From: Lama guanicoe | Lineage: Eukaryota | DNA: 64,000 nt | Direction of reading: 5' to 3' | Assembly: GCA_013239625.1 (NCBI GenBank) | Contig: MU053881.1 | Location: 2,604,001-2,668,000 of the forward strand | Shown: positions 1-10,060 of the stretch, piece by piece | Layout of the letters: each line of letters opens with the position of its first letter | Numbering within the stretch: the first letter of the stretch is position 1 | Position numbers and translations under genes: made by a program | Notes under the pieces: generated by a model | Seen by the model: the letters and a program-made list of their open reading frames with translations, nothing else | Databases searched by the model: none | Told to the model about the DNA's origin: nothing

Positions 1-456
1 ACAAAAAAGGATCTTGTCTGCCTCCTTCCTGGTTCTTCAGCTGCATTGCTTTTTATCTGTTCCCAAGCACAGTCCTGCCTCAGGACCTTTGCACTTGCAG
101 TTCCCTCTCTATGAATCTTGCCCTCAAGTATCCTGGCCTTGGTGCCTATCTGGAGTCTCTGCTCCCATTCACCTCCTCACAGAGGCCTTCTGTGACCCCT
201 TCATCTCAAGCAACCCTCGTCTAGTAACTGGTACATCTCCATTTTCTCATCTCCATGACACTTCCCACAAGCTGAAATAACCTTGTTTGGTTTAAGTGTT
301 GACACGTTTATTTTCTGTCCCATCTCTGCACACACACAAACACATAATTGTAAACTCCCCTAGATCGAGGGACTTTGTTTTCCTTTTCCACTATCTTCAG
401 CCTTGAACCTGCCTGGCACCCCTGTCTAAGCACTCAATAAACGTTCGTTGGATGAA
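1..456 (+). mobile_element. L2 3' relic
   Basis: cctcaggacctttgcacttgc...cctggcac...ctcaataaacgttcgttggatgaa, typical L2 tail. Confidence 0.65.
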
Positions 457-799
457 CCATCGATATTTTACAGAAGACGAAACTGGCATTCACAAAGGAG
501 AGCTGAGTTGCCCAAGGTTATAAAAAGCACAGCTCAGATCCAAACGCATCTGAACTCTAAAACTCTAAAACCAACTGCGGTATTTCTTCCCTACTCTTAG
601 CACGTCACATTGTCTCCCCCCACCAGACTGGGCTCTTGGGGCCAGGACGTGAGTCTGACGCTCCGAGGTCCCCAGCGGCCCGTCCCGGGCCCACCCCGTG
701 AGGCTAGCGGGCTCCGCGGAGATGTCACCCTCCCCGCCCCCTGTCAGTCAGGCCGAGGGGGTGGCGCGGCCGCCAGGGGGGGCGCTGAGCTCAGAGCTG

Positions 800-1074
800 C
801 CGCAGCGCCCGAGCCGGAGCCGCCGGAGCGCGCGAGCGAGCAGTGCACTGGCAGCGCGCGGTGGCTGGCGACGCACCCAAGGCCCGGGCACTACTGCGCC
901 CCGGCTCAGGGCCCGCTCCCCGCCTGCTGCAGACCAACCTGAGCACCAGGCCACGACCTGATCCCCCATCTGTCCTGAGCCCACCCCAGCCCGGCCCAGC
1001 CGAGCCCCTGCGTCCGCCTGCCGCAGCCGCAGCCGCAGCCGCCGCTCCATCCCCAGCCCCGGCCCCGCATCCAG
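800..1074 (+). other. SNCB: SNCB non-coding exon 1 (5' start approximate)
   Basis: Strong donor CAG|GTGAGG at 1074/1075 within the CpG island, upstream of the ATG exon; TSS not resolvable from sequence. Confidence 0.7.
1020..1044 (+). repeat. (GCCGCA)n in SNCB 5' UTR
   Basis: gccgcagccgcagccgcagccgccg. Confidence 0.8.
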
Positions 1075-1708
1075 GTGAGGTGGTCGCGCTCCAGGCGCCC
1101 GGGCTGAGGAAGGGGTTGGGAATGGAGAGGGGACTGGGTGGGATGTGGAAGGGGCTGGAGAATGGAAAGAAGGCACCGGTGGGTGCGTGTCAGTGTGCGC
1201 CCCGGGGTATGTGTGTCTGTTGCTCGGTATCTGCAACTGCTTGGTGGCTGTGTGGACGTGCGTCCGCGCCCGTGTGTCCGTGTGTGTCAGAAGTGTCCGT
1301 GCGCGTTTGAGCGTCTGCGTGTCCTGTATGTGCACGTGAGCATGTCCCTGGAGTATGTTTGTGTGCGTCGCCGTGTGACTCTGCCATGTGTGTACAGGCA
1401 GGCCCCGGGGCTTCGCGCGCAGCCCAGCACTTCGGTTCCACGGGGCTGCAGGTTACAGCGTCCCGGATAACTGAGGTGGTGGCCCTTCCTGCGTCCCAGG
1501 TTTCAAGGACGCTAGGACTCGCCGCGGCCCTGTAGCCTCGAGCTGGGGAGGGGGTAAGGCGGGAGAGGGGCCCGGGCCCGGGCCCGGAATGGTGCAGCGG
1601 TCTCCGGAGGGAGGGGAGGGGACACCCGCGTCCCCCTGGAAGGGCTGGGACGAGGATGCGGGGCCAGCGCACCCGTGCCAGTGTGTTCGCCCTCCCCAGG
1701 CCGCCAGG

Positions 1709-1829
1709 ATGGACGTGTTCATGAAGGGCCTGTCCATGGCCAAGGAGGGCGTCGTGGCCGCCGCGGAGAAAACCAAGCAGGGGGTCACGGAGGCCGCGGA
1801 GAAGACCAAGGAGGGTGTCCTCTACGTCG
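1709..1829 (+). CDS. SNCB: beta-synuclein coding exon 1 (acceptor at 1700)
   Basis: [40 protein letters not shown]; cag acceptor, GT donor at 1830; 121 nt. Confidence 0.98.
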
Positions 1830-4654
1830 GTGGGCGAGGGGCGGGGCTTCTGGGGCTGCGGAATTTGGATGTCCTGGGAGAGAGCGGAGCTGGGGTCCTT
1901 AAAGGGTGGGAGTGAGGGTGGTCTGGGCGGGAGAATATGAGTCAGCAGATGGGGCGGGGTCAGCAGGGGTCACTGAGGACATAGCCGATGGAAGGCTAGG
2001 TCACCGAAGAGCCTGAAGGGAGGGCGGATGAGCGAAGTGTTGGTGAGGATGAGGTTTAGCTGAAAGGCCAGGGACCAATGCGGAGATCAAAGCAGACAGC
2101 CTTTTTTTCCTTATTCTTCCCGTTATTAATAGTTACCTAGTGCTGAGCCCTCACTCTCTGCCAAGTACTGTGCGAAATACATCCGTAAGGTCCATCACCT
2201 CATTGAATGCTCCCTGCTCATCCACAACCGGGGGAAACTGGGGTCCCCCCAGGTTTCACTACCTTGCTCAAGGTCACACAGCTGATAAAACCTGAAGCTG
2301 GAGTTTGAGCCAAGCTTTCCGGACTCCAAAGTCCCACCCTTCTCCTTGCCCTCCTCCCTCCTGTGTTGCTGGGGCTCCCTTCCAGACTTCCTCTCCATCT
2401 CCTTCCACCTCAGAATCTCTCTCTGGGTCTCCCTGCCTCCCAGTGTTTCCACCATCAGCATCTCTCCTCCGGGTTCCCTCTGCTCGCAGCTGCGGGATGT
2501 CATCAGGAGAAAGGCCAAGTGGTTAAAATGTCTCACCCTAAGTAGGAAAGGAGAGGGAGCATGCAGGGCCATTTGCTTGAAGGGAGGCAGGAAACTGACA
2601 TTTCTGACTTTGGATGCAGGCACAGGGCTTACTTTTGTGCAGTAGGTAGAATTATCCAATTATCCCCTTTGCTGGCTGTAGAGGGCTGGTTAACTTGCCC
2701 ACGGTTGTGTCAGATTTGGGATTGTGGCAATTTGAAAAGTCCTTATTGACCACCTACTATGTGCTGGTAGGTGCCGGCTCTCCTGATAGCGATGCCAAGC
2801 ACCCCAATGGTGGGATTTGACATCCAGTGGCTGGGCTGGGAGACCACTTTGGGAGGGTAATCAAAGAGGATGGCATTTGAGCTGAGCCTGAAGACTAAGG
2901 AGGGCAGGGGTAGGGGTGCAGAAAGGCAGATGCAAAGGCCCTGGAATGGGCTCAAGGACACTGGGTTAGAGAGCAGAGGGCAGAAAGCAGTGGTACCAGA
3001 TGAGATCAGAAAGGTGGGCAAGAGCCAGTTCATGAGCGACCCCTGCAGGCCAGGGCAAAGCATAATTGCCAGGAGAGATCATAAGCCAGGGACTGATATA
3101 ATCTGACTTCAGTATAGAAAGGTCTCTCAGGCCGCTGGGGACAGAAGAGACAGCAGGGAGGCTGGTGGGGAGGTAGCATACCTACCAGATGAGGGTGGCT
3201 GGAGCTAGGGCAGAGGTGATAGAGATGGGGAGAAGGCTTGAAGCCCGACCTGCTGGACCCCAGCTTTGGCCTCCCTCCTGCCTTCTCCCTGAGCCCTTTC
3301 ACTCCAGTAGACCCCTGGCACCCGTGACACTGCCTCCCTACCAACAGACTTGGCCCCTCCCCTTTCCCTCCTCCCCCTGACCAGGAACTCCTGGTGGCCC
3401 CCACTCCCTACAAGACAAAGCCTCAGCTCCCTGAAGCCTAGCATTCAATGCCCTTCATGGCCCTGCCTGTTTCCATCGCTCCGAGCACACAGACCAGGTC
3501 CATGTGCTCCGTGCAGGCCCTGAAAGCACACCTCCCTGTGACTTGCCTGCATTCTTCCCTGTGCCTGGCACACCCTCCTCGGTCTCCTTTCTGCGTCTCC
3601 ACCTGCTCCCCATTCGACAAGGCCTAGGCAGTGCCCCCTCCCCCATCATGTGCCTCCTGGAGTCCTGGAGGCTGGAGTTTCTCTCCCCAGTACTTGAGTC
3701 CAGGGCACCACATCTGCTTTCTTACCCCCATCTGACACTGAGCCATTGACCTGGGGCCTGACACAGAGCAGGTGCCAACAAGTGCTTGTGGGAGGAATGA
3801 AAGAGTGTGCATGCAGCCCCCTGCCCCATAGTTTCTGGGTCCGGCTGGCCTTGGCCCTGAGAATCCTGTCTTCCTGCGCCAGTCTCTCCTCCTCTCGCCG
3901 GCATCAGCTGGCCCAGACACCCGGTTCTGGCTCTATCAGCTGTTGTCTGGGTTGCCAAATCCTCGGGATGGAAGACTCCTCACTCCCCTGAGGACTCCCA
4001 CACCCACCTTGGGTCAGGCTTTCTTGCCTTTCCAGTTGCTGTCCTGGGAAGGCCGGGCCAATGCCGCGGGTGTCAGTCACAATCTTCATGTTACCCTTAG
4101 ACCCATCCTGCATCATTCCAACTTTGGCCAGAAGGAGGAATTTGCACCCTAGTTAGAAGAGAGTCTTTAGAAGAAATGCAGTTGGGGCAGGGGGTGGGGG
4201 GATGGGAAGTGCGTGTCCATAGGCAGTATGTGGGCAGTTGGGCATCAGGGGCTTCTTTCCAAATTCAAAGCCTTTTGCCCGCCTCCACTGCCTCCACCCT
4301 ACCCCCACTGCCTCCACCCCACCCCCCTCCCCCATCTGCTCCCATCCTGGGCAGAGGATTAAATGACCCTGCACAGATAGAGCGCGTTCCCAGTGCTGGT
4401 GCTCAGGCAACATCCACCAGAGGGCATGGGTATCACCTCGGGTGGGTGGGGCAGGGGGACGACAGACAGTGGGGGAGAACTGGAAGTCATGAGGAAGTAG
4501 GCATGGGGGGCCCTTGTTGGACTTGGGGGCCCAGGGAGGCAGTGATGGGGCCACTGCTGACTGGGTCCCTCTGCCCGCTCTGTAACCACTGTGCTTGCTG
4601 CAGTCTGTTCCCTTGGCTCAGAGTCCTTAAGTGTGCTCCTCTTTGTCCCTGCAG

Positions 4655-4696
4655 GAAGCAAGACCAGAGAGGGGGTGGTACAAGGAGTGGCCTCAG
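4655..4696 (+). CDS. SNCB: beta-synuclein coding exon 2
   Basis: GSKTREGVVQGVAS; AG/GT flanks; 42 nt. Confidence 0.97.
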
Positions 4697-4903
4697 GTAC
4701 CAGCCCAGCCCTGTCGAGCCCTGTTCCTTCACCCTGGCCTGGGATCTGGCTGGGATGCAGGTGGTGGAAGACGGCACCTCTAAGGCTTCCTGCGGGGGTG
4801 CTCCATGGGGAGGGCAGGCCCTGGGATGCTACGGGGCAGGGGGGCATCTAAGCCTGCTTCCTCCTTGCCCCCAACCCCCTTCCCAACCCTCTCCCTGATG
4901 CAG

Positions 4904-5022
4904 TGGCTGAGAAAACCAAGGAGCAGGCATCACATCTGGGAGGAGCCGTGTTCTCCGGGGCTGGGAACATTGCAGCAGCCACAGGCCTGGTGAAGAAGGA
5001 AGAATTCCCCACTGATCTGAAG
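4904..5022 (+). CDS. SNCB: beta-synuclein coding exon 3
   Basis: VAEKTKEQASHLGGAVFSGAGNIAAATGLVKKEEFPTDLK; lacks the alpha-synuclein NAC core, diagnostic of beta; 119 nt. Confidence 0.97.
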
Positions 5023-5040
5023 GTGAGCTAGACTTCCGCC

Positions 5041-5069
5041 ACACAACACACACACACACACACACACAC
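5041..5069. repeat. (CA)n microsatellite
   Basis: Seen directly, 18 nt downstream of an SNCB donor. Confidence 0.95.
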
Positions 5070-5920
5070 CAGGCTCCCTGCTCCCCCGGCCAGCCTAGGG
5101 CACAAGCCTTCCCGCCTCATGTTCTGCAGGGCCCTGCTAGATCTGGCTCAGAATGAGTCCATGTGAAGCTGTATATGGGCATGGCGCTCCCCGTGACTGT
5201 GACCCAGATCTGGCTGGATGCATGCATCCTGCTTGTGAGTGTGACCTGAATCACTATGGGCCAAATCCTCACGTGTCACTGATTGTTCATTCATGTCTTT
5301 TCATTCAGCGAGCATTCATGCCAGAGAGGGATTGTTTTAGGAGTTACTGCAGTGAATAGGTTCCTACATTCATGGAGCTGACACTGTAGTGGGAGAAGAT
5401 ACAGTAAAAAGCTAACCAGTAAGCAAGATGATTTCAGACAAGTGTATGTGCTATGAAGAAATGACAAGGGTCACAGGCTAGAGAGTCAAGGGGTAAGGAG
5501 GCTACTTTAGTTGAGGAGTGACATTAGAGCTGACACCCAAGAAATGAGGCAAGCCATATGGGAAGTGTGTTTCAGGCAGTAGGAACAGCATGTGCAAAGG
5601 CCCTGAGGCAGGTATGAGCAGATGTGGGCCATGAGGAGGGGTGAACTGTGTGTCACACATTTGTGCGGACATGGTCCCCCAGGCAAGTGGCGGTGGCTAC
5701 CTCATGGGTGCATGAAGTCAGATGCCTGCATTAGGACACACTGGAGGGTGAGATCTGTGAGCCCTGGAGTCCCACAGAGCTAGATTTGAATCCCAACTCC
5801 ACTACTTCCTGACTGTGTGACCCTGGGCAGGTCCCATCATAGCTCTGAGCCGGATTCTTTGCCTCTAAGATGGGAGACAGACACAGGAGGACTCTTATGT
5901 AGATTACAGACAATGTTCAT

Positions 5921-6107
5921 CAGAGGTTCTCAAAAACTTCAGTGTGCATCAGCTCACCAGGAGGCCAGCGTAAAAGACTGACTGTTGGCTCTATCTCTAG
6001 AATTTCTGATTCAGAGTTCTGAGGTGAGGCCCGAGAATCTGCATGTTTAACAGGTACTCAGGTGAGGCTGATGCTGCAGGGAAGGGACTACACGTTGAGA
6101 CTCACCG
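5921..6107. mobile_element. MER5A-like hAT MITE
   Basis: cagaggttctcaaa ... ttgagactcaccg terminal inverted repeats; internal gattctgattcag-like motif. Confidence 0.7.
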
Positions 6108-6978
6108 ATATAAAGAGCCTGGATTGTGTACAGTGAGTGTTCAGTAAGAGATGGTGGCCCCGCCGTCACGTGAGCAGTCTGTGTGTGTGCCCCTGGGGGC
6201 TCATGTCACCACAGGTGTGCAAGGACATGTACCGCTGTGACAGTGGACCACAGATGGGCCTTTATGTCTGTACAGACATGCCTCTCATGAGGGAGTTCCG
6301 TGTTGTCCATGTACAAGCGCAGATTCTGCCTCCATGGGGGTGGGGCCCCCTTCAGTGTGAGGTTTAAGAGACCAGTGTGTATTCAGCGTGAGTGTATCCA
6401 TCGGGCTTTCGGAGGAGACCCCATGCCACCCTCCATTCCAGACATTTTGCACAGTTGGTTCCTTCCCCTGTCAGAAGTCTGGAACCTGACTCAGAAGTTC
6501 TGGTTCAAGTCCCGTCTCTGCATTTTACCAACTGTGTGACTTCCCATTTCTTATCGTTACATTTTCAGTGATCGCTCCCATTCACTGATCTCTTGTGTGG
6601 GCAGGCACTGTTCTAGACATTGTACACAGAGTCACTTACTGAATCTGCACCACATCCCTATAAAGAAGTCTTCCCAATTAGCCCATTTTACTGATGAAGG
6701 AACTGAGGCTCAGAGAGGGAAGTGACTTGCCCAAGATCCCGCATCCCGCCTGCCCCTACCCCTCTGAGAAGGTGGTTGGGAGGATAAGCTCAGATTTAAG
6801 TCACCAGAGTCGCTTGGTGCTGACACGGGCCAGGCCCTGCTCTGAGAGCTGGGGTGCAGGGAGGCAGGTCTGGGACTGAGCTGTCAGCCTCGAGGCTGTG
6901 TGTGAGCAGCCTTTGCACAGAATCATTTCTCTCAGGCTGCTTTCCTCTTACCAGCACTTGTTGACACCTCAAGCCTTT

Positions 6979-7003
6979 TCTCTCTCTCTCTCTCTCTCTC
7001 TCT
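6979..7003. repeat. (TC)n microsatellite
   Basis: Seen directly. Confidence 0.95.
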
Positions 7004-7425
7004 GGAGCTCAAGATCATAGACTTACAATCCAAAGGCAGGCCTTTGGGGCCACTGGGCCCGTGGAGAACCCGTGCAAGCCAGGGGTGCCCATTTCTGGCT
7101 CTGCCTCCCAGTCTGCTCGCATACGTTATCATGGGAGCCTCCCCACACTCACACAAGGCAGAAACGCCATCCCATTTCCAACCCGAGGCAGCTGAGATCT
7201 AAAAAGTAAAGTGACTTACCTGATGCCAAACAGCTAGTGAGGGGCCATGCTGGGGTGGTTTTCAAGTGAACTCTTTACTGAAGTACTGCATTCATGCAGA
7301 AAGCATGCAGCTCCCCGAAATTTTCACAAACGGGACTCCCCGCAAGTAACCAGCACCCAGGTCAAGACGCAAAAGAAAGTCAGCCCCTTTGAAGCCCCCC
7401 TTACGCCCCCTCCCAGCCCTTACTC

Positions 7426-7560
7426 CCAGGGCCAAGACAAGTGCGGTGTCTGGGGCACAGAATTTAAGGGGGGCACTTATTCTGGGGTCTCACTGGCATG
7501 GCCTTGAAAGGAGGTGCCTTCTTAATTCTTGCACCCAAGGCGCCTTCGTCCTGGCCGTGC
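7426..7560. mobile_element. MER96-like hAT MITE nested in an old L1 fragment
   Basis: Palindromic gggcacagaatttaagggggcac / gtgccttcttaattcttgcaccc arms. Confidence 0.5.
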
Positions 7561-8975
7561 CTCCTTCTCTGTAGCTAATAGCTTCCTCACCTCCATCACC
7601 ACAAATACCCTGGGTGTTTTTCAACGTCATAGAAATGTTATCCTAAAGTGCACTCTGTTCGGTACCTGGCTTCTGTCACCCATCAGTAAGCGCTGAGAGT
7701 CAGCCATGCCGTTGTGTCCCCACTTTGATGTGCAGTGTCCTGTGTGCAACAGGACCACCCTCCCCACCTCCATTCTGCTGTTGTTGGACATCTGATTTGT
7801 TTCCAAACAGTGGGCAGAGCTGGGACTCCTCACACTCTCTCTTTCCTGGGTTCTGGTCATAGCTGGGTGATTTTAGGCAAACTAACATTTCCCCACCTCC
7901 CGGGCCATGGAGGACCCATGTGTGACTGGGGGAAATGAGCTACATCAGGAGCGCAAATTCATGAGCCCACAGGGCCCACCTGGACAGGTAATGTGGAGGT
8001 GGTGAAGCTGTCTGGATGGAGCTGAGCAAATACAGGGCACAGGTAGTCAGGGAGAACTTCTCAGTGCTGGCCCTCCAGGATCCCAAGATTCTTATCTCTG
8101 CCCAGTAGGGAGGGACAGCGGCTACCTGTGGAAGTGGGGAAGGTGGTGTGCCCTCTGCCTATGGGCTTCCCTGCAGGTCCAGGCTTGTGCCAACCCGCAT
8201 GTGGCCTTGCGCAGCTGTGCATGGACCCCAGGTTACCTTGCGTGCCCACGCGTGCAGCCAGCTCAGTCCCGTGTGTTTGTGCACAGACATGTGCTCGCCC
8301 ACAGGGGACTGGCCATGTGTCTGGCAGCCCCCTATTTGTGTGCCTGCTGGCCTGCACTCGTCTGGGCAGCAGATGCAGTGGGGAGGGGAGAGTCTTAGCT
8401 CACACATCCAAGCAACACCATGAGCTGTTGCTTCAGCTTATCTTAAAATAGCAACAGCTGAAGAAACCAGGCCACACAGGGCCCTGGGGGAGGGATGGTT
8501 GGAAAGTGGCAGGGGAATGGCTCAGAGCCCCTGCTCAGCTCTGTCCCTGAGCCTCCATCTCCCTCCACCCCAGAGGAGACTCCAGGGTTATTTCTGGGGT
8601 GCAGATACCTGACCCCTCACAGAGCTGACACAAAGGGAGTAGGGATAAATGGGTGACTGTGTGCGCCCCGTCTACCTCTCCATCCGATCCGGTCCAAATG
8701 ATGGGAGTGCAGGAGGCTGCCAGGTGCCAGGTGCTGGGGAGGGGGCATGGAGAGCCCACTCCCCCTCACCACCCCAGCTTCAAGTGGTGATTGGAGGCAT
8801 TTCAGTCCTCCAGCCCACTTCCAAGGCACTGTAAATAAACAATTTAATTAAAAACTTTGGTTGCACTGCCAACAAAGCCTAGCCTTCCCCCAATCAGTCA
8901 AAAGCTTCCCAGGGTAGGAATTTGGGGAGGCATCCCCAGCTGGCCTCATGGGCCCTGTCTCTTCTCTGCCCGTAG

Positions 8976-9065
8976 CCAGAGGAAGTGGCCCAGGAAGCCT
9001 CTGAGGAGCCGCTGATTGAGCCCCTGATGGAGCCAGAAGGGGAGAGCTATGAGGAAGCGCCCCAG
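8976..9065 (+). CDS. SNCB: beta-synuclein coding exon 4
   Basis: PEEVAQEASEEPLIEPLMEPEGESYEEAPQ; tag/GTGAG flanks; 90 nt. Confidence 0.97.
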
Positions 9066-9432
9066 GTGAGCGGTGGCTAGGCTGGGTGGGGCTGTGGGCA
9101 TCCCCAGGACTGCTGCCAACTCCAGCTGGGGTGGGAGGTTCCTGGCAGCATAAGGTTGGACCAGGGAGCTTCAAGCCCCCCTTTCTAGAACCCACACCCT
9201 GGAGGTGGCAGCAGGGAGGGAGGACAGATGTGGCCTAGCACTGGGCCCCAGGCACCCTTCCCCAGGAACATCCCAGCTGTCTCCAACTTCCAGATTTCTC
9301 CCCTGCCCAGGGGGAGGGGAATGCACTGTTCCTCCTTGAGGGGGAGGGGTCTCAGGGCCCGGCCTCGCTGCTTGGTCTCCAACTCCTTCCTCTTTTGCTC
9401 TTCTCCACTCCATCCCCATCCCTCTGATGCAG

Positions 9433-9465
9433 GAAGAGTATCAGGAGTATGAGCCAGAGGCGTGA
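9433..9465 (+). CDS. SNCB: beta-synuclein last coding exon
   Basis: EEYQEYEPEA-TGA; total CDS 405 nt = 134 aa. Confidence 0.97.
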   Translation, partial: EEYQEYEPEA

Positions 9466-10054
9466 GGGCCCAGGACGGCCCCCTACCAGCAGCACAATCC
9501 CTCCCCTGTCCGCTGCCCCGCCCCCCAGAGCCAGGGCTGTCCTCCAACCCCTTCCCCTTAAAACACGAGATCTTCCTTTCGCTCCGGGGCGCCCCCTCGG
9601 AGCCTGTGTTAGTGTCTGTCCATCTGTCTGTCCTACCCGCCGCGTCCAACCCTGGGACGTGGACAGGGCCGGGGCTGCGGCCACGGCTGGGAGCCTCGCT
9701 CCACCTTTGTTGCCCCCTCCCTGCCCCACCCCGTCCAGTGTCTGCGCGGAAGTAGCATGTTCTATGTATTTTTAAAAGAAGATCGGAAAGTGACGGCTCC
9801 CCTCCACCGCCGACAGAGGCTATTTGAGGAGTCCCCAGGCAGCCCCAGAGCCCCGCACCCCACTCCCACATCGACCCCAAGAACCTTTTTTTTTTTAAAC
9901 CAAAACCAGGAGTCAGGCTGTGCCATGCCCCCTTCCCCAGCCGGCCCGGTCTGAGCGCGGGCGTCGTGTGTCGTGATTGTGGCATGGAAAGTCCCCCACC
10001 CCCGTGTGAGCGTGTCCCGGGAGGGCGGGCCCGGCCGCCCCCCGCGTGTCCATG

Positions 10055-10060
10055 AATAAA
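10055..10060 (+). terminator. SNCB: SNCB poly(A) signal
   Basis: AATAAA about 590 nt after the stop, followed by TCTGTCTGT. Confidence 0.8.

Larger units (their letters stand above)
640..1860 (+). promoter_or_regulatory. SNCB: CpG island / SNCB promoter and first intron
   Basis: Dense CpG, GC box CCCCGCCCC near 732; spans exon 1 and exon 2. Confidence 0.75.

Noticed and set aside
1..700. Divergent EIF4E1B first exon expected from human synteny; GAC|GTGAGT donor-like site at 649
   Set aside because: No exon demonstrable; the region is largely L2/MIR-derived
768..787. CTCF-like CCGCCAGGGGGGGCGC at the SNCB promoter
   Set aside because: Extra Gs break the core spacing; cannot support without a PWM scan
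1850..1930. Possible orthologue of human MIR4281 in SNCB
   Set aside because: Only vague similarity to the recalled sequence and no convincing hairpin
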